The notes under the pieces were generated by a model, which ran no database searches, had not been told where the DNA came from, and worked only from the letters and a program-made list of their open reading frames with translations. Positions 35,031 to 45,187 of a stretch of DNA of 64,000 bases are shown here, piece by piece. The position numbers were made by a program, and so were the translations under genes. Positions within the stretch are counted from its first letter, which is position 1. The number at the start of each line of letters is the position of its first letter. The DNA is from Escherichia phage fEgEco12: sequence record PP777464.1. The stretch is one strand, 5' to 3'.

Positions 35031-35549
35031 ATGTATCAGGCCAAGTACAATACATCATATGCATTTGCACACAACATTTTGAAGATCATCAAAGCGTTAG
35101 AGGGTGGATTGCTTAGTCATAAGTACACCAGAGTAGGTGACAATTGGTTCAGAAATGATGATGAGTTCAGAAGTCATAAGATTGTTTACAGCAATAATTA
35201 CAGTGCCAATTACCTTCAGGATGTTGCTATGTGCTTCGAATACGTGTTACAGTTCAGGGGTTCCATCAGTCCTGATCTAAGAGAACACATGTACATTCGA
35301 TACCTACCAATGCTTAAGGATGAGAAAACAATATTCAATTCAGTACACCACAGAGTACGAGAGAGATCATTCAGGGATATTTTAGAAGATGAAGCTGCCT
35401 ATTTTCAGCAATCATTGATTGATGCTCCTGATGTGTTACAGATGCAGAATTTGTATAATGTATTAGATGCGAACATCGATACGGATATCTTTTTTTCCTT
35501 AAGTGATTATGAAACATTTTTGGAAGATTTAAAGGAAATAGGATTATGA
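35031..35549 (+). CDS. B-family protein
   Basis: Motif DEAAYFQQSLIDA; ATG after AGGTTGAGG. Confidence 0.55.
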   Translation: MYQAKYNTSYAFAHNILKIIKALEGGLLSHKYTRVGDNWFRNDDEFRSHKIVYSNNYSANYLQDVAMCFEYVLQFRGSISPDLREHMYIRYLPMLKDEKTIFNSVHHRVRERSFRDILEDEAAYFQQSLIDAPDVLQMQNLYNVLDANIDTDIFFSLSDYETFLEDLKEIGL

Positions 35550-35890
35550 GTAGATTTTCAGTTTATATAGTAAACGTCAGTAAAGATGGTAGTTTAATTG
35601 AATTTGATGTAGTTGATAACAATGATAATTCATATGGTATTAAGGTACAGGACAATGATGTACAGTTCAGTACAAGGACAAATTTTGAGAATCCAGTCCA
35701 AGTTCCGAATTTCATAGAAGATGAAGCTGCACGATTCCAACACGAAACGGCCTTTGATAATTTAGCGATGCATATTATTATGCAACAAAGTTTAGTTCAA
35801 TTGCTTCAGGTATTCAGACAAAATATATATGTACATGAAGTGTCGATTAATGGCATTCAAAGTTCCGTTTTGTTCGGTACAAATATGTAA
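35546..35890 (+). CDS. B-family protein (divergent)
   Basis: Motif DEAARFQHETAFD; ATGA junction. Confidence 0.55.
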   Translation: MSRFSVYIVNVSKDGSLIEFDVVDNNDNSYGIKVQDNDVQFSTRTNFENPVQVPNFIEDEAARFQHETAFDNLAMHIIMQQSLVQLLQVFRQNIYVHEVSINGIQSSVLFGTNM

Positions 35891-35900
35891 GGAAAGTACA

Positions 35901-36455
35901 ATGAGTTCAATGAGTTTATTAGATACATTAGAAAAAGACAGAAGTGCCATTAAGAGATTAAAAAATCTTGTCCAGAGCATTGCGAACAACGCTGAGAAGT
36001 TCAGTGACAATCTTAGTATAGGTGATATAACCAGTACAGGAATAAAATCCCTGAAGTCAGATTTATTAATTCATAAGGAAGATAAATTATTATTTGTATT
36101 GAGTTCAGATTTAATGGTTGCAAGTAATGGTTTCAATTCGATATCAACACAAGATGGTAGCACAGGATTATATCTATCACAGGGTGTCCAGACGAACGAA
36201 CAAAAGTGTTTTAGTTCAGGAGTACAGAATCCCTTTAAGTTCAGTACAGAACAAGCTACAGAGCTTTTAGATGCTTCAGAAGAGATGTTATTTCAGTACA
36301 AAACGGTTCATACAGATTTTGAATTACGATGCATGTACGCTGTTAAGCATTATGTTCAGGAGTTCGAGAATTTAAGTTATCTTTTAGTTCGAACGAATAC
36401 AAAGAACATTGGTGCATTAGAAGATTACATTTCAAAAGTTGTTAAAGGGTGCTAA
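35901..36455 (+). CDS. B-family protein
   Basis: Motif SEEMLFQYKTVHT; ATG after RBS AAGGAAAG. Confidence 0.6.
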   Translation: MSSMSLLDTLEKDRSAIKRLKNLVQSIANNAEKFSDNLSIGDITSTGIKSLKSDLLIHKEDKLLFVLSSDLMVASNGFNSISTQDGSTGLYLSQGVQTNEQKCFSSGVQNPFKFSTEQATELLDASEEMLFQYKTVHTDFELRCMYAVKHYVQEFENLSYLLVRTNTKNIGALEDYISKVVKGC

Positions 36456-36464
36456 AGGGTGCTG

Positions 36465-36626
36465 ATGAAAGAGTTATTTGAAGAACAGTTCGATACATAT
36501 GTGGATAATATTCTTTATTCTAGTCGTGCTAGTCAACGAGGAAATCGTGCTTACAACATAGATTACCTATTAACGGTGCTGAGTTCACAGTACACCTACG
36601 CTGTGCAGAGGACATATTATGGATAA
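36465..36626 (+). CDS. small hypothetical protein (53 aa)
   Basis: Below track cutoff; open frame; weak RBS. Confidence 0.35.
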   Translation: MKELFEEQFDTYVDNILYSSRASQRGNRAYNIDYLLTVLSSQYTYAVQRTYYG

Positions 36627-36822
36627 TTTTAGAGATGTTGCAAAGGAGAAGTTCAAGTGCAGTTTAGATTACGGTTTAAATGATTTTCTTACATGCACAA
36701 TGTACAGGAATGATGATTATGAGCAATCCGTAATTTCGTTGCACAGATATTTCGAAATAATTTACGCAAGATATCTTAGAAGGTTAGATGGAATAGGGGA
36801 TTGGAGTTATGATTACGTTTGA
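36619..36822 (+). CDS. hypothetical small protein
   Basis: ORF track. Confidence 0.4.
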   Translation: MDNFRDVAKEKFKCSLDYGLNDFLTCTMYRNDDYEQSVISLHRYFEIIYARYLRRLDGIGDWSYDYV

Positions 36823-37024
36823 AGAGCCGGAAGTGGTATATTGCTATAGTGTGAAAGGTTTTGAATACATGATGGATTCGATTTTGAAGGATACATATTT
36901 GGTTCAGATTGCAGTTGCAGATGATGCAGTACAACGAGTATTGAATATATACGAGAAGACGAGTCGAAGGCTTTGTGCGATGAAAAGGATTGAAGAAATC
37001 AAGCTTTCTAGGCTGAATAAATAG
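36809..37024 (+). CDS. hypothetical small protein
   Basis: ORF track; RBS GGGGA. Confidence 0.4.
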   Translation: MITFEEPEVVYCYSVKGFEYMMDSILKDTYLVQIAVADDAVQRVLNIYEKTSRRLCAMKRIEEIKLSRLNK

Positions 37025-37220
37025 AGACGTTTCGTTTTCACAGGCCGCAGGGGGGGGTCAAAAAAATTTTCGCTGAAAAACATGTTAAGGTATATGTTTA
37101 ATATAAAGTTTTAAAATGTGTTCACAGAGTACAGTTCATGTTTCCTGAAACAAAAAATACCCCGCCGCAAACGTTCTCCTTATATTGGAGTTTACCTTAT
37201 TAATTACAGTAGAGATTATT

Positions 37221-37598
37221 ATGGAAATAAAATATAAAGAATTTTGTATAGGGACATGGATGTACACGGGTGAGTTGATTACGTGTTGTAATTTGTACAA
37301 AGGTGATTTAAACTACACAAGGGGCAAGGTTATAAAGTTCTGGAATTCACAATTTTATTTAATGGATCTTGGTACTGGATTTAGTTGTAAAGCAACCGAT
37401 ATGCTGGACTATACCTTAATGGATGATGCTGCACTATTTCAGGAGTCATTAGTATTTGACAAGAAGTACATCTGTACATTAGAAGAGATTGTTGAAATCC
37501 AGCGTAGAATTAAATGCATTCACAGGGAATGTATAGATAAATGGTGTAAAACTGGTGAAACTAATTTTAGTAATCATTTCAATCTAGGGGAAGAGTGA
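37221..37598 (+). CDS. B-family protein (CNLxKGD subfamily)
   Basis: Motif DDAALFQESLVFDKKY; first of four tandem subfamily members. Confidence 0.6.
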   Translation: MEIKYKEFCIGTWMYTGELITCCNLYKGDLNYTRGKVIKFWNSQFYLMDLGTGFSCKATDMLDYTLMDDAALFQESLVFDKKYICTLEEIVEIQRRIKCIHRECIDKWCKTGETNFSNHFNLGEE

Positions 37599-37954
37599 TG
37601 GAATTTGATTTTTTAATATCAGTACATTCTTTTAAGAACAGTTTTCAGTACTTTTGTAATTTAAACAAAGGTGATTTGATGCACAGTGCAAATGAGTATA
37701 TTCATTTTACGGATGGTAAATTCACATTCATTGATTACAATTCATTACAGTATCCACATCAGGATATGCCGGATTATACAGTAATGGATGCCGCTGAACT
37801 ATTTCAGGAGTCATTAGTATTTGATAAGAAGTACTTGTGTACATTTGAAGAAGTTATTGCAATACAAAATGAAATGAAAGAGTATGACTCTTTGAATAAA
37901 GGCAATGTCAGTATTAATCAAGAATACAAATTCAATATAGGAATACCAGAATGA
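37595..37954 (+). CDS. B-family protein (CNLxKGD subfamily)
   Basis: Motif DAAELFQESLVFDKKY; ATGA junction. Confidence 0.6.
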   Translation: MMEFDFLISVHSFKNSFQYFCNLNKGDLMHSANEYIHFTDGKFTFIDYNSLQYPHQDMPDYTVMDAAELFQESLVFDKKYLCTFEEVIAIQNEMKEYDSLNKGNVSINQEYKFNIGIPE

Positions 37955-38316
37955 CATATGATTATTCAATGTACGTTTGTAAGTCCAGAACGGGGTGGGA
38001 TTTGTGCTGTAATCTTGTCAAGGGTGATTCGGAACATGAGTTGAGTTTATATATTCAGTACTCGGATTTGTGTTTTAATTTCATTGATGTATTACATGAT
38101 GACTTCGACTATAACTCTGAAAGTATTACAGATTATACAGTACTGGATGATGTTGAACTATTTCAAGCTTCTTTGGTGTTTGACAAGAATAAGTACTCAT
38201 GTACAATAGAAGATATGATTTTTATACAAAATGAAATGAAGAGATATGTTAAAGAAAACACCTTTGATACATCTACACCAACAACAAGTAATTATTATTT
38301 CAATACAGGTGAGTAA
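37951..38316 (+). CDS. B-family protein (CNLxKGD subfamily)
   Basis: Motif DDVELFQASLVFDKNKY; ATGA junction. Confidence 0.6.
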   Translation: MTYDYSMYVCKSRTGWDLCCNLVKGDSEHELSLYIQYSDLCFNFIDVLHDDFDYNSESITDYTVLDDVELFQASLVFDKNKYSCTIEDMIFIQNEMKRYVKENTFDTSTPTTSNYYFNTGE

Positions 38317-38317
38317 T

Positions 38318-38662
38318 ATGGAATATGATTTTTCTATGTTTATACCTAAGATTAGTACTTCACTGGAAGTGTATTGCAATCTTAACAAAGGTGATTATGA
38401 ACACAAAATGGATCAGTACATTAAATTTAATGGTTCTTACTTTAGCTTCATTGATTATCAGGCCAAAGGAACAGTTGTAGAAAATATGAAAGACTATACA
38501 ACTGTACAGGGTGAGGCTGAAATATTTCAAGAGTCATTAATATTTGACAAGAAGTACTTGTGTACACTAGAGGAAGTTATTGAACTCCAACAGAAGATGA
38601 AAGAATATAGAAGAATCTGTATAGAGACTGATTCCAAAGATAGGTATCGTTTTAAGCTATGA
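38318..38662 (+). CDS. B-family protein (CNLxKGD subfamily)
   Basis: Motif GEAEIFQESLIFDKKY. Confidence 0.6.
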   Translation: MEYDFSMFIPKISTSLEVYCNLNKGDYEHKMDQYIKFNGSYFSFIDYQAKGTVVENMKDYTTVQGEAEIFQESLIFDKKYLCTLEEVIELQQKMKEYRRICIETDSKDRYRFKL

Positions 38663-38844
38663 ATAAAAAAGAACAAATGGAATCATTCATGAATACAATA
38701 CTTCGACGATTCGTAATTGATATTAGACATAACAACAGCATTAGGAATGACATGTACTTCGGTACATATGATATTAGTGAATTGTATATAGCTAATATTC
38801 ACATGGTTTACCGAGATTATATCAAGACACAACACAGGAGTTGA
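38659..38844 (+). CDS. hypothetical small protein
   Basis: ORF track; ATGA junction. Confidence 0.4.
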   Translation: MNKKEQMESFMNTILRRFVIDIRHNNSIRNDMYFGTYDISELYIANIHMVYRDYIKTQHRS

Positions 38845-38845
38845 T

Positions 38846-39316
38846 ATGAGTTTTGCAAGAGCATTAGAAATTGCTAAGTTAATTGATTTATGTAAAAAGG
38901 AAATAGTACTCAATCAACTCAATGGGTATCTATTCAAGGAAGGTAAAGCTTATTGTCGAATGATATACGATGACAGTAGTGAGTACATTCACATGTACGA
39001 AGAAAACTTAGATTCTTCTGAAACAACACTCACTGGGTGTGATGTTAATCTGGAAGATAATTACATGTACTTCTGTCGTGATGCTGATATTTTAATACAA
39101 TATACTGACATTATAACTGGTGCAGCAGAGAAACATCTTCCGTATTCAGTACTGGATAATGACTGGGGAAGTGAAGAGTTCTACTTCCAGCAGAATACTA
39201 TCTACGAGGAATATGTGCTTGACAAGCTTGTCATTCTGTGGTACTTTAATAATACAGATTGTCCTAGCTTCTATTTGGACTTGGATCTACTACGAGTTAT
39301 TAAAGAGGATATATGA
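38846..39316 (+). CDS. B-family protein (GPW-SEEYYFQ subfamily)
   Basis: Motif GSEEFYFQQNTIYE. Confidence 0.6.
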   Translation: MSFARALEIAKLIDLCKKEIVLNQLNGYLFKEGKAYCRMIYDDSSEYIHMYEENLDSSETTLTGCDVNLEDNYMYFCRDADILIQYTDIITGAAEKHLPYSVLDNDWGSEEFYFQQNTIYEEYVLDKLVILWYFNNTDCPSFYLDLDLLRVIKEDI

Positions 39317-39753
39317 GTTTAGCAAGTGCACTTAAACTGGCACACAAAATACATCACTTCCACGATAACATAAAAAGTGGTTTCTATGGTGATAAAGTAA
39401 GTGCATTTGGTAATGAGTATTATCTATCAGGTATAAAGACATACTCTGATGATATTTTACTTATGGGCCATGATAAAGACAATACTATACAGTACTCTTC
39501 ATGTAGTCAATATACTAGTTTTTTTGTATATATTCCAGGTACTAAGATTACTTTTGACACATCAAATACACCTGTTGACTTCGGGGTACTTGATGGGCCG
39601 TGGGGTACTGAAGAGTATTACTTCCAACAGAGTCTTATTTTTAACCAAGAAATGCTTGATTCCTTGGTTGTTTTGTGGTACTTTAAGGAATTGAATTTTG
39701 AACCCTTCTTCCTTGACTGGGGAGCATGTGAATATTTAAGTACAGGGGATTAG
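39313..39753 (+). CDS. B-family protein (GPW-SEEYYFQ subfamily)
   Basis: Motif GTEEYYFQQSLIFN. Confidence 0.6.
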   Translation: MSLASALKLAHKIHHFHDNIKSGFYGDKVSAFGNEYYLSGIKTYSDDILLMGHDKDNTIQYSSCSQYTSFFVYIPGTKITFDTSNTPVDFGVLDGPWGTEEYYFQQSLIFNQEMLDSLVVLWYFKELNFEPFFLDWGACEYLSTGD

Positions 39754-39755
39754 TA

Positions 39756-40247
39756 ATGTCATTAGAAAGTGCATTGAAAGAAGCAAAGAAGATTCATGAG
39801 TACATGATTATGGTACAAGAAGGTTCAGTGCCTGGTGTGTATAAAACATCTGATACTGAATTTTTTGTAAAAGACCGCGACGATTATGATGAGTCAGAGA
39901 TATGTGCAGAAACGTTAGTACTACACACTGATACGGGTGATACTGATGACTGTGAATATCATATGTACAATCAGTACATTAGTTATTGTAGAGATGAAGA
40001 TATTATAATTTACAGTCCTGATTACGATGATTATGACACAATCATTCCGTATTCAGTACTGGAAGGTCCGTGGGATAGTGAAGAATATTACTTCCAGAAC
40101 AGTACTGTGTACAATGAAGAAGAATTAGATGTTATTGTAATTATGTGGTACTTTAAAAGTATTGGTTCTGATAGTTTCTATTTCGATTATGAATACGTAG
40201 AGAATACTGTAGGGGAAGATAATGTCATTACAAAGTGCTCTGGATAA
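39756..40247 (+). CDS. B-family protein (GPW-SEEYYFQ subfamily)
   Basis: Motif DSEEYYFQNSTVYN. Confidence 0.6.
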   Translation: MSLESALKEAKKIHEYMIMVQEGSVPGVYKTSDTEFFVKDRDDYDESEICAETLVLHTDTGDTDDCEYHMYNQYISYCRDEDIIIYSPDYDDYDTIIPYSVLEGPWDSEEYYFQNSTVYNEEELDVIVIMWYFKSIGSDSFYFDYEYVENTVGEDNVITKCSG

Positions 40248-40665
40248 AGCAAAAGAACTACAGGTATATATTGAAGATATCAAGGCTGGGAAGTTCGAAG
40301 AAGTATACAAAGCCGAGAATGGTAACTACTACAAGGATAGTGATTTTACCACAACTACAGTTATTCTTGGGCTGAATTCCAAAAGTCCCGCAGATTTTTC
40401 ACAATACAATCCAGATGCAGAATTTATCAGTTATGCTTATGGTGGTGAAATCCGTTTTTATAATCGCAGCAGACCTTTAAAATTGAACTTTGAAGTACTG
40501 AAAGGTCCGTGGGATAGTGAAGAGTATTACTTTCAGAATAGTACTTTGTATGATGATGAAGTACTAGATACTTTAGTTATTATGTGGTACTTTAAAAGTA
40601 TTGATAGTACAAGATTTTATTTGGATTATGAATATGTACGTGAAGCATATAAGGGCAAACGATGA
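40222..40665 (+). CDS. B-family protein (GPW-SEEYYFQ subfamily)
   Basis: Motif DSEEYYFQNSTLYD. Confidence 0.6.
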   Translation: MSLQSALDKAKELQVYIEDIKAGKFEEVYKAENGNYYKDSDFTTTTVILGLNSKSPADFSQYNPDAEFISYAYGGEIRFYNRSRPLKLNFEVLKGPWDSEEYYFQNSTLYDDEVLDTLVIMWYFKSIDSTRFYLDYEYVREAYKGKR

Positions 40666-40976
40666 AATTCTTATACAGTATTCAGTACATTCCTGGTACA
40701 ATTAGTTTAATGTATTTCTTCGATCATGATAATTTCCAGCTCCTTGCCATTAGAAGATGTAATGAATCTTTAATGATTGAATATCTTCACGATTGTGATT
40801 ATATTCCTGACTTCCTTGAATGCGATTACAGAGATGATCATGAATCATTTATTTTTCAGGAATCACTTGTATGGGATAAGAGAATTAATTTTTATGCTTT
40901 ACTTGAGATACAAAAACAAGTGAAGTACTACTGGGATTACTTAATTACCCAAAAATATATAGAGATTGAAATATAA
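40662..40976 (+). CDS. B-family protein
   Basis: Motif DHESFIFQESLVWD; ATGA junction. Confidence 0.6.
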   Translation: MKFLYSIQYIPGTISLMYFFDHDNFQLLAIRRCNESLMIEYLHDCDYIPDFLECDYRDDHESFIFQESLVWDKRINFYALLEIQKQVKYYWDYLITQKYIEIEI

Positions 40977-41419
40977 TGTACGAAAGTGTTCTTAAGCACG
41001 CTGAAGAATTAGTTAATATAGTAAAGTTCTTTCAAAATAATGTAAAGTACTTAGACTATAAAGGGGCATATATTAGTACTATAAGTGTTGGAACAGATAT
41101 ACTAGGATTAGGTAATGAATATAAGTACGAGTCACATGATTATGATTTGGAATTCAAGTACTTCGTATGGGATTCTGGAACTTTCTATTCTATAGAGGAA
41201 GATGGCAAATATTTTGAATTCACAGAAGAAGAAGTACTATTTTTAAATTCAGAAGATGCTTACTTCCAGTACAGTACTATATACCCAAATGGGGCGTTAA
41301 GAGCTTTAGTAGTTTTTAATGCATTTCTGAAAGAGAACTTTAATAATTCTATATTCATTGATTTAGATTATGTATATGAACTAAATCAGGTAATATATAT
41401 GGAGTCCAGAGAAAAATGA
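40976..41419 (+). CDS. B-family protein
   Basis: Motif SEDAYFQYSTIYP. Confidence 0.6.
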   Translation: MYESVLKHAEELVNIVKFFQNNVKYLDYKGAYISTISVGTDILGLGNEYKYESHDYDLEFKYFVWDSGTFYSIEEDGKYFEFTEEEVLFLNSEDAYFQYSTIYPNGALRALVVFNAFLKENFNNSIFIDLDYVYELNQVIYMESREK

Positions 41420-41862
41420 GTTACGAAAGTGCAATCAAGAAAGCAAATGATATTCTAAAAGTTGTTAAGTTCTTCAAAGAAAATCCTGAATACGTAGATG
41501 ATAAACGCAGAGAAGTTTCTAATGGTACGAAGATTACAATTGATTCTTTATTTGACACTAGCAACGACAACTGTAGTACTATTGAATTAGCATACGATTA
41601 TATTTCATTGAACAGAAAATATGATGAAGTTACGATAGAGCGTCATGAGAATGAAGAATCTTTTAAAATTTCTGATATTTTATCTCTGAGTACAGAAGAA
41701 GGGTACTTCCAGGGAAGTACTGTTTATAATGAAGGAACACTAGACAATCTATGTACATTTAGTGTACTATATCAGAAGTCAGTACTGGATATATTTTATC
41801 TAGACACTGAAAAACTTGATAGGTTAGTTGATTTCGTTACTATAGAAGAGGCATCCGTTTGA
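41416..41862 (+). CDS. B-family protein
   Basis: Motif TEEGYFQGSTVYN; paralog of 40976. Confidence 0.6.
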   Translation: MSYESAIKKANDILKVVKFFKENPEYVDDKRREVSNGTKITIDSLFDTSNDNCSTIELAYDYISLNRKYDEVTIERHENEESFKISDILSLSTEEGYFQGSTVYNEGTLDNLCTFSVLYQKSVLDIFYLDTEKLDRLVDFVTIEEASV

Positions 41863-42392
41863 GAAAAATTAACATTAATGATTATGATGCATTACAAGAT
41901 TTATCAAAAAAGATTCGCACTATCGTACCAGTACTGAAAAAATGCAGTACTGGATTAATTGATCCTAGTACAGTTATTAGTGAGAAGTACGATTTCCATA
42001 AACTTCTACAAGGGAATGGTGCATTCCAGAAGTGTGAGATACGTGAGAAACACGTCATTGATACATCATTGCTTTCAATTGGTTCAGCCGTTCATAAGAA
42101 TGTTGTATACCTTGAATCCAGATCTGAAACTATTCGACAGATGACTTTTAAGAAAAAGTGTACTGAAATTGACGTGTACACTATGATATGGGGTTATCCA
42201 GAGTTATATCGTACTATTAATATTCCTAAGTACAATTACAATTCATTTGAAGAACAGTGCTTTCAACTATCTTGTACTGATCCTGACTATGCTATTATTC
42301 AGTTCTATATGGAATTGCAGATGGCATTTAACAGTAATTTAAATATCAATTTATTAAAGGTTGATTTCGATGAAGTATTCAAAAACATTTAA
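41859..42392 (+). CDS. B-family protein
   Basis: Motif SFEEQCFQLSCTDP; probable TTG start overlapping upstream stop. Confidence 0.5.
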   Translation: MRKININDYDALQDLSKKIRTIVPVLKKCSTGLIDPSTVISEKYDFHKLLQGNGAFQKCEIREKHVIDTSLLSIGSAVHKNVVYLESRSETIRQMTFKKKCTEIDVYTMIWGYPELYRTINIPKYNYNSFEEQCFQLSCTDPDYAIIQFYMELQMAFNSNLNINLLKVDFDEVFKNI

Positions 42393-42588
42393 TCGAATTG
42401 AATACATGAGAACTGTGAGTGCAGTGTGGGACATATGGTTCACTACTAAACCAAAAATGGATTACCATGACTTTAAGCTATTGTTCTTCGTTGGCTCTAA
42501 CAAACAGGATGTTGCAATGAAGGGTTATATTCAGCACTTACAGGAACTAATCCAGAAGAGAATATATGAAAATAATAGACCAAGATGA
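42361..42588 (+). CDS. A-family small protein (interleaved)
   Basis: Motif FVGSNKQDVA. Confidence 0.5.
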   Translation: MISMKYSKTFNRIEYMRTVSAVWDIWFTTKPKMDYHDFKLLFFVGSNKQDVAMKGYIQHLQELIQKRIYENNRPR

Positions 42589-42757
42589 TATTGCCAAACT
42601 ATTCAATATATATTCTTCTAAAATGATGCAAACCGACTCATATAGTACTGAATTCAAAGAATTAAAAGTACTGATGTATTTGGGTACACAGTATCAGGAA
42701 CAAGTTGTTAAAGAATATATTGATTCTTTACAGAAGGATATCCGTTATGTACAATGA
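42566..42757 (+). CDS. A-family small protein (interleaved)
   Basis: Motif YLGTQYQEQV. Confidence 0.6.
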   Translation: MKIIDQDDIAKLFNIYSSKMMQTDSYSTEFKELKVLMYLGTQYQEQVVKEYIDSLQKDIRYVQ

Positions 42758-43301
42758 ACTTGACTTGGCATTTGAGCGTGTAAAAATCTTCATTGAAACT
42801 TATATTATGCATGAAACTATACTGAAAACAAAAGGAATATGGTTCACTGATAAATTTCTTACTATGGCTATGAGAGGTGGAATGAAACATCTGTACTGCA
42901 CAGATAATGCAAGAATTTCAGTACTGAATTATGATGAAAGTGTAGCATCCAGTACCAGTTTAATTTCTACATACAATGATAATGTTATTAGTATTATGTG
43001 CAATATGAATGTCCCATCTATTTCTGTATATAAAAACTGTGATAGTTCATTGGAGTACAAGATTGAGCAGTACTTATATCCTAACACAGAAGAAAACATC
43101 TTTCAAAATAGTCTTATGTGGGATGATACATCTACTAAGTGCATATATCTTTATAATAAATTAAAAGAGTACATTGTTGATAGTTCAATTAGTACTGCTG
43201 TATTCAGTGTTACTGTTTTTAATGATAATCGTGAAGATATGAGTTCTTACAGAGACATTGTAAGAATACATGCAATGTATAAGGATCTACTATGTTATTA
43301 A
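42747..43301 (+). CDS. B-family protein
   Basis: Motif TEENIFQNSLMWD. Confidence 0.55.
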   Translation: MYNELDLAFERVKIFIETYIMHETILKTKGIWFTDKFLTMAMRGGMKHLYCTDNARISVLNYDESVASSTSLISTYNDNVISIMCNMNVPSISVYKNCDSSLEYKIEQYLYPNTEENIFQNSLMWDDTSTKCIYLYNKLKEYIVDSSISTAVFSVTVFNDNREDMSSYRDIVRIHAMYKDLLCY

Positions 43302-43894
43302 ATGCAAATAAATGTTGTAGTATTGAGGTTCATTTGTATTTTAAGAAATTAGTAAATGATATTATCTATATGCAAGAAATCATTTATCACAAAAGAATGG
43401 ACTTAGAAAAAGCATTAGTTCAGTTCTCTTTTAATCTCGATGGTGATATATCGTTAGATGGTGATGGATTGCGTATAGCATTTGACGGTAATACAAATAG
43501 GGTTTTCTTTTGGATAGATAATAAATTATGTTCATCAATATGTCGTACTTTTTATAACCCTATTTCGGACTTATATCAATTGGTGTATTCTAAAGGTGCA
43601 GTTGAAGCATCATACGGTGATAGCTTTGCACTAGGAAAGAGTATCCCATATATGCAATCATTTGATATTGAATTAGTCAGTACTGATGAAGATGCGATGT
43701 TCACAAATGATATAACAATGCAGCGTGAATCTGCAATGAGATATATTACAAATTCTATGCATACATTCTTCGAAAGAACAGAATTTGATAATGTGTATAT
43801 AGCAAATGTAAATATTTTTACTGACCTTTGTCAGTTCTTGAGAAGTATTTTTGATTTCGATGAAAGCTATTGTAAGCTTTATACTGAGGTTTAA
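43292..43894 (+). CDS. hypothetical protein in array (B-like, motif degenerate)
   Basis: ORF track; no clear F-Q core. Confidence 0.45.
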   Translation: MLLNANKCCSIEVHLYFKKLVNDIIYMQEIIYHKRMDLEKALVQFSFNLDGDISLDGDGLRIAFDGNTNRVFFWIDNKLCSSICRTFYNPISDLYQLVYSKGAVEASYGDSFALGKSIPYMQSFDIELVSTDEDAMFTNDITMQRESAMRYITNSMHTFFERTEFDNVYIANVNIFTDLCQFLRSIFDFDESYCKLYTEV

Positions 43895-43899
43895 ATGCC

Positions 43900-44259
43900 A
43901 TGAATACCATTAGTATTACGTACTACACAACGAAAAAATACGTTTGTTGTTTACTTTCGTTAAAGACAAATGATGATATGTTTGAAATGGCGGCATATAC
44001 ATTAGAATTATCAGAAGATGGTTTTCAATGTCATGAAGCGTACTCAAATACACGTGAAGATACAATTGATACTACGCTAATGCAAGAAGATGAGTTATTT
44101 CAAGAAAGTTTAGTATGGGATAAAAAATACTATTGTGATTTTGATTTTCTTTGTTTAATCCAGAAAGAAATGAAAAGGATCTTCGACAATTATCCGGTGA
44201 AGAGATTGAGTACTAAGCCGGAGCAGTACAGGAGAATTTTATTCCGTTATGAAGACTGA
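43900..44259 (+). CDS. B-family protein
   Basis: Motif QEDELFQESLVWDKKYY. Confidence 0.6.
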   Translation: MNTISITYYTTKKYVCCLLSLKTNDDMFEMAAYTLELSEDGFQCHEAYSNTREDTIDTTLMQEDELFQESLVWDKKYYCDFDFLCLIQKEMKRIFDNYPVKRLSTKPEQYRRILFRYED

Positions 44260-44587
44260 ATTAGTAAAAATAATGTACGCAACTCACACTAAGTTATTAT
44301 TGGTTAAAATGAATTATAACAGAAAACATAATGAATTCTGTACATTAATCCGAAATGAGGAATCATTTACATTGCGTACCAATGATAAGCCAATGCTAAC
44401 TATAAATGATTTTTCATGTTTAGATACAGGTGAATTGTTCCAGGAGTCATTAGTACTGGATAGTAGTATACATTTGGAAATTGAAGTACTACAACAGTAC
44501 CAGATACTTTTGAATCGTATTATGGAAAATTATCCATGTGAAGTTGGTGGACCAATGCAATTCAAATCAAAGATGTATGAACTATGA
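44249..44587 (+). CDS. B-family protein
   Basis: Motif DTGELFQESLVLD. Confidence 0.6.
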   Translation: MKTELVKIMYATHTKLLLVKMNYNRKHNEFCTLIRNEESFTLRTNDKPMLTINDFSCLDTGELFQESLVLDSSIHLEIEVLQQYQILLNRIMENYPCEVGGPMQFKSKMYEL

Positions 44588-44594
44588 GGTTAGT

Positions 44595-45128
44595 ATGTTA
44601 GATAAAATAAAGAACGAGGGAACTCTATACAATCATCTTAAGTTGGATACGTTCGAGGCAGCAATCAGTACTGCACAAGATATAATTGATATTATCAAGT
44701 ACATTAAAGAAAATAAGTTAAAATGTGTGAAAACGCCAGAACGTACAATGTACAAAGATGACGACCTTCACGTATCAGTTGTTAAGCCAAAAGATAAGGA
44801 TGGTAATAGAGATTTCTATAATAACAGTGGACAGTATGAATGTGAATATGATCCCGAATTTAGAGGTGGATTCATGTGCTTCAGTAAAACAGATACTTCA
44901 CATGTTGAGATACGTACATTAAAAGGTCTAGGTAGATTTGAGTTCATGGATATAGAACTAAATGAAGAAAACTACTTCCAACAATCATTGCTTAATACTG
45001 AATACAATTTAGGTGTACTATTCATGTACAAGTACTTATATGAGCACTTAAATGAAGACTTCTATCTGGACTTAGAAGATTACCATTTAGTATGGAAAGA
45101 AATGGTAGAACTTCGTGAGAACTCTTGA
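44595..45128 (+). CDS. B-family protein
   Basis: Motif NEENYFQQSLLNT. Confidence 0.6.
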   Translation: MLDKIKNEGTLYNHLKLDTFEAAISTAQDIIDIIKYIKENKLKCVKTPERTMYKDDDLHVSVVKPKDKDGNRDFYNNSGQYECEYDPEFRGGFMCFSKTDTSHVEIRTLKGLGRFEFMDIELNEENYFQQSLLNTEYNLGVLFMYKYLYEHLNEDFYLDLEDYHLVWKEMVELRENS

Positions 45129-45154
45129 CACCCTCCAAATCTTTGTGATATAAT
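45125..45154 (+). promoter_or_regulatory. Internal sigma70-like promoter
   Basis: TTGACA, 18 nt, TATAAT. Confidence 0.55.
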
Positions 45155-45187
45155 CTCTTTATATTAATTGTAAAGGGTTATATCACT

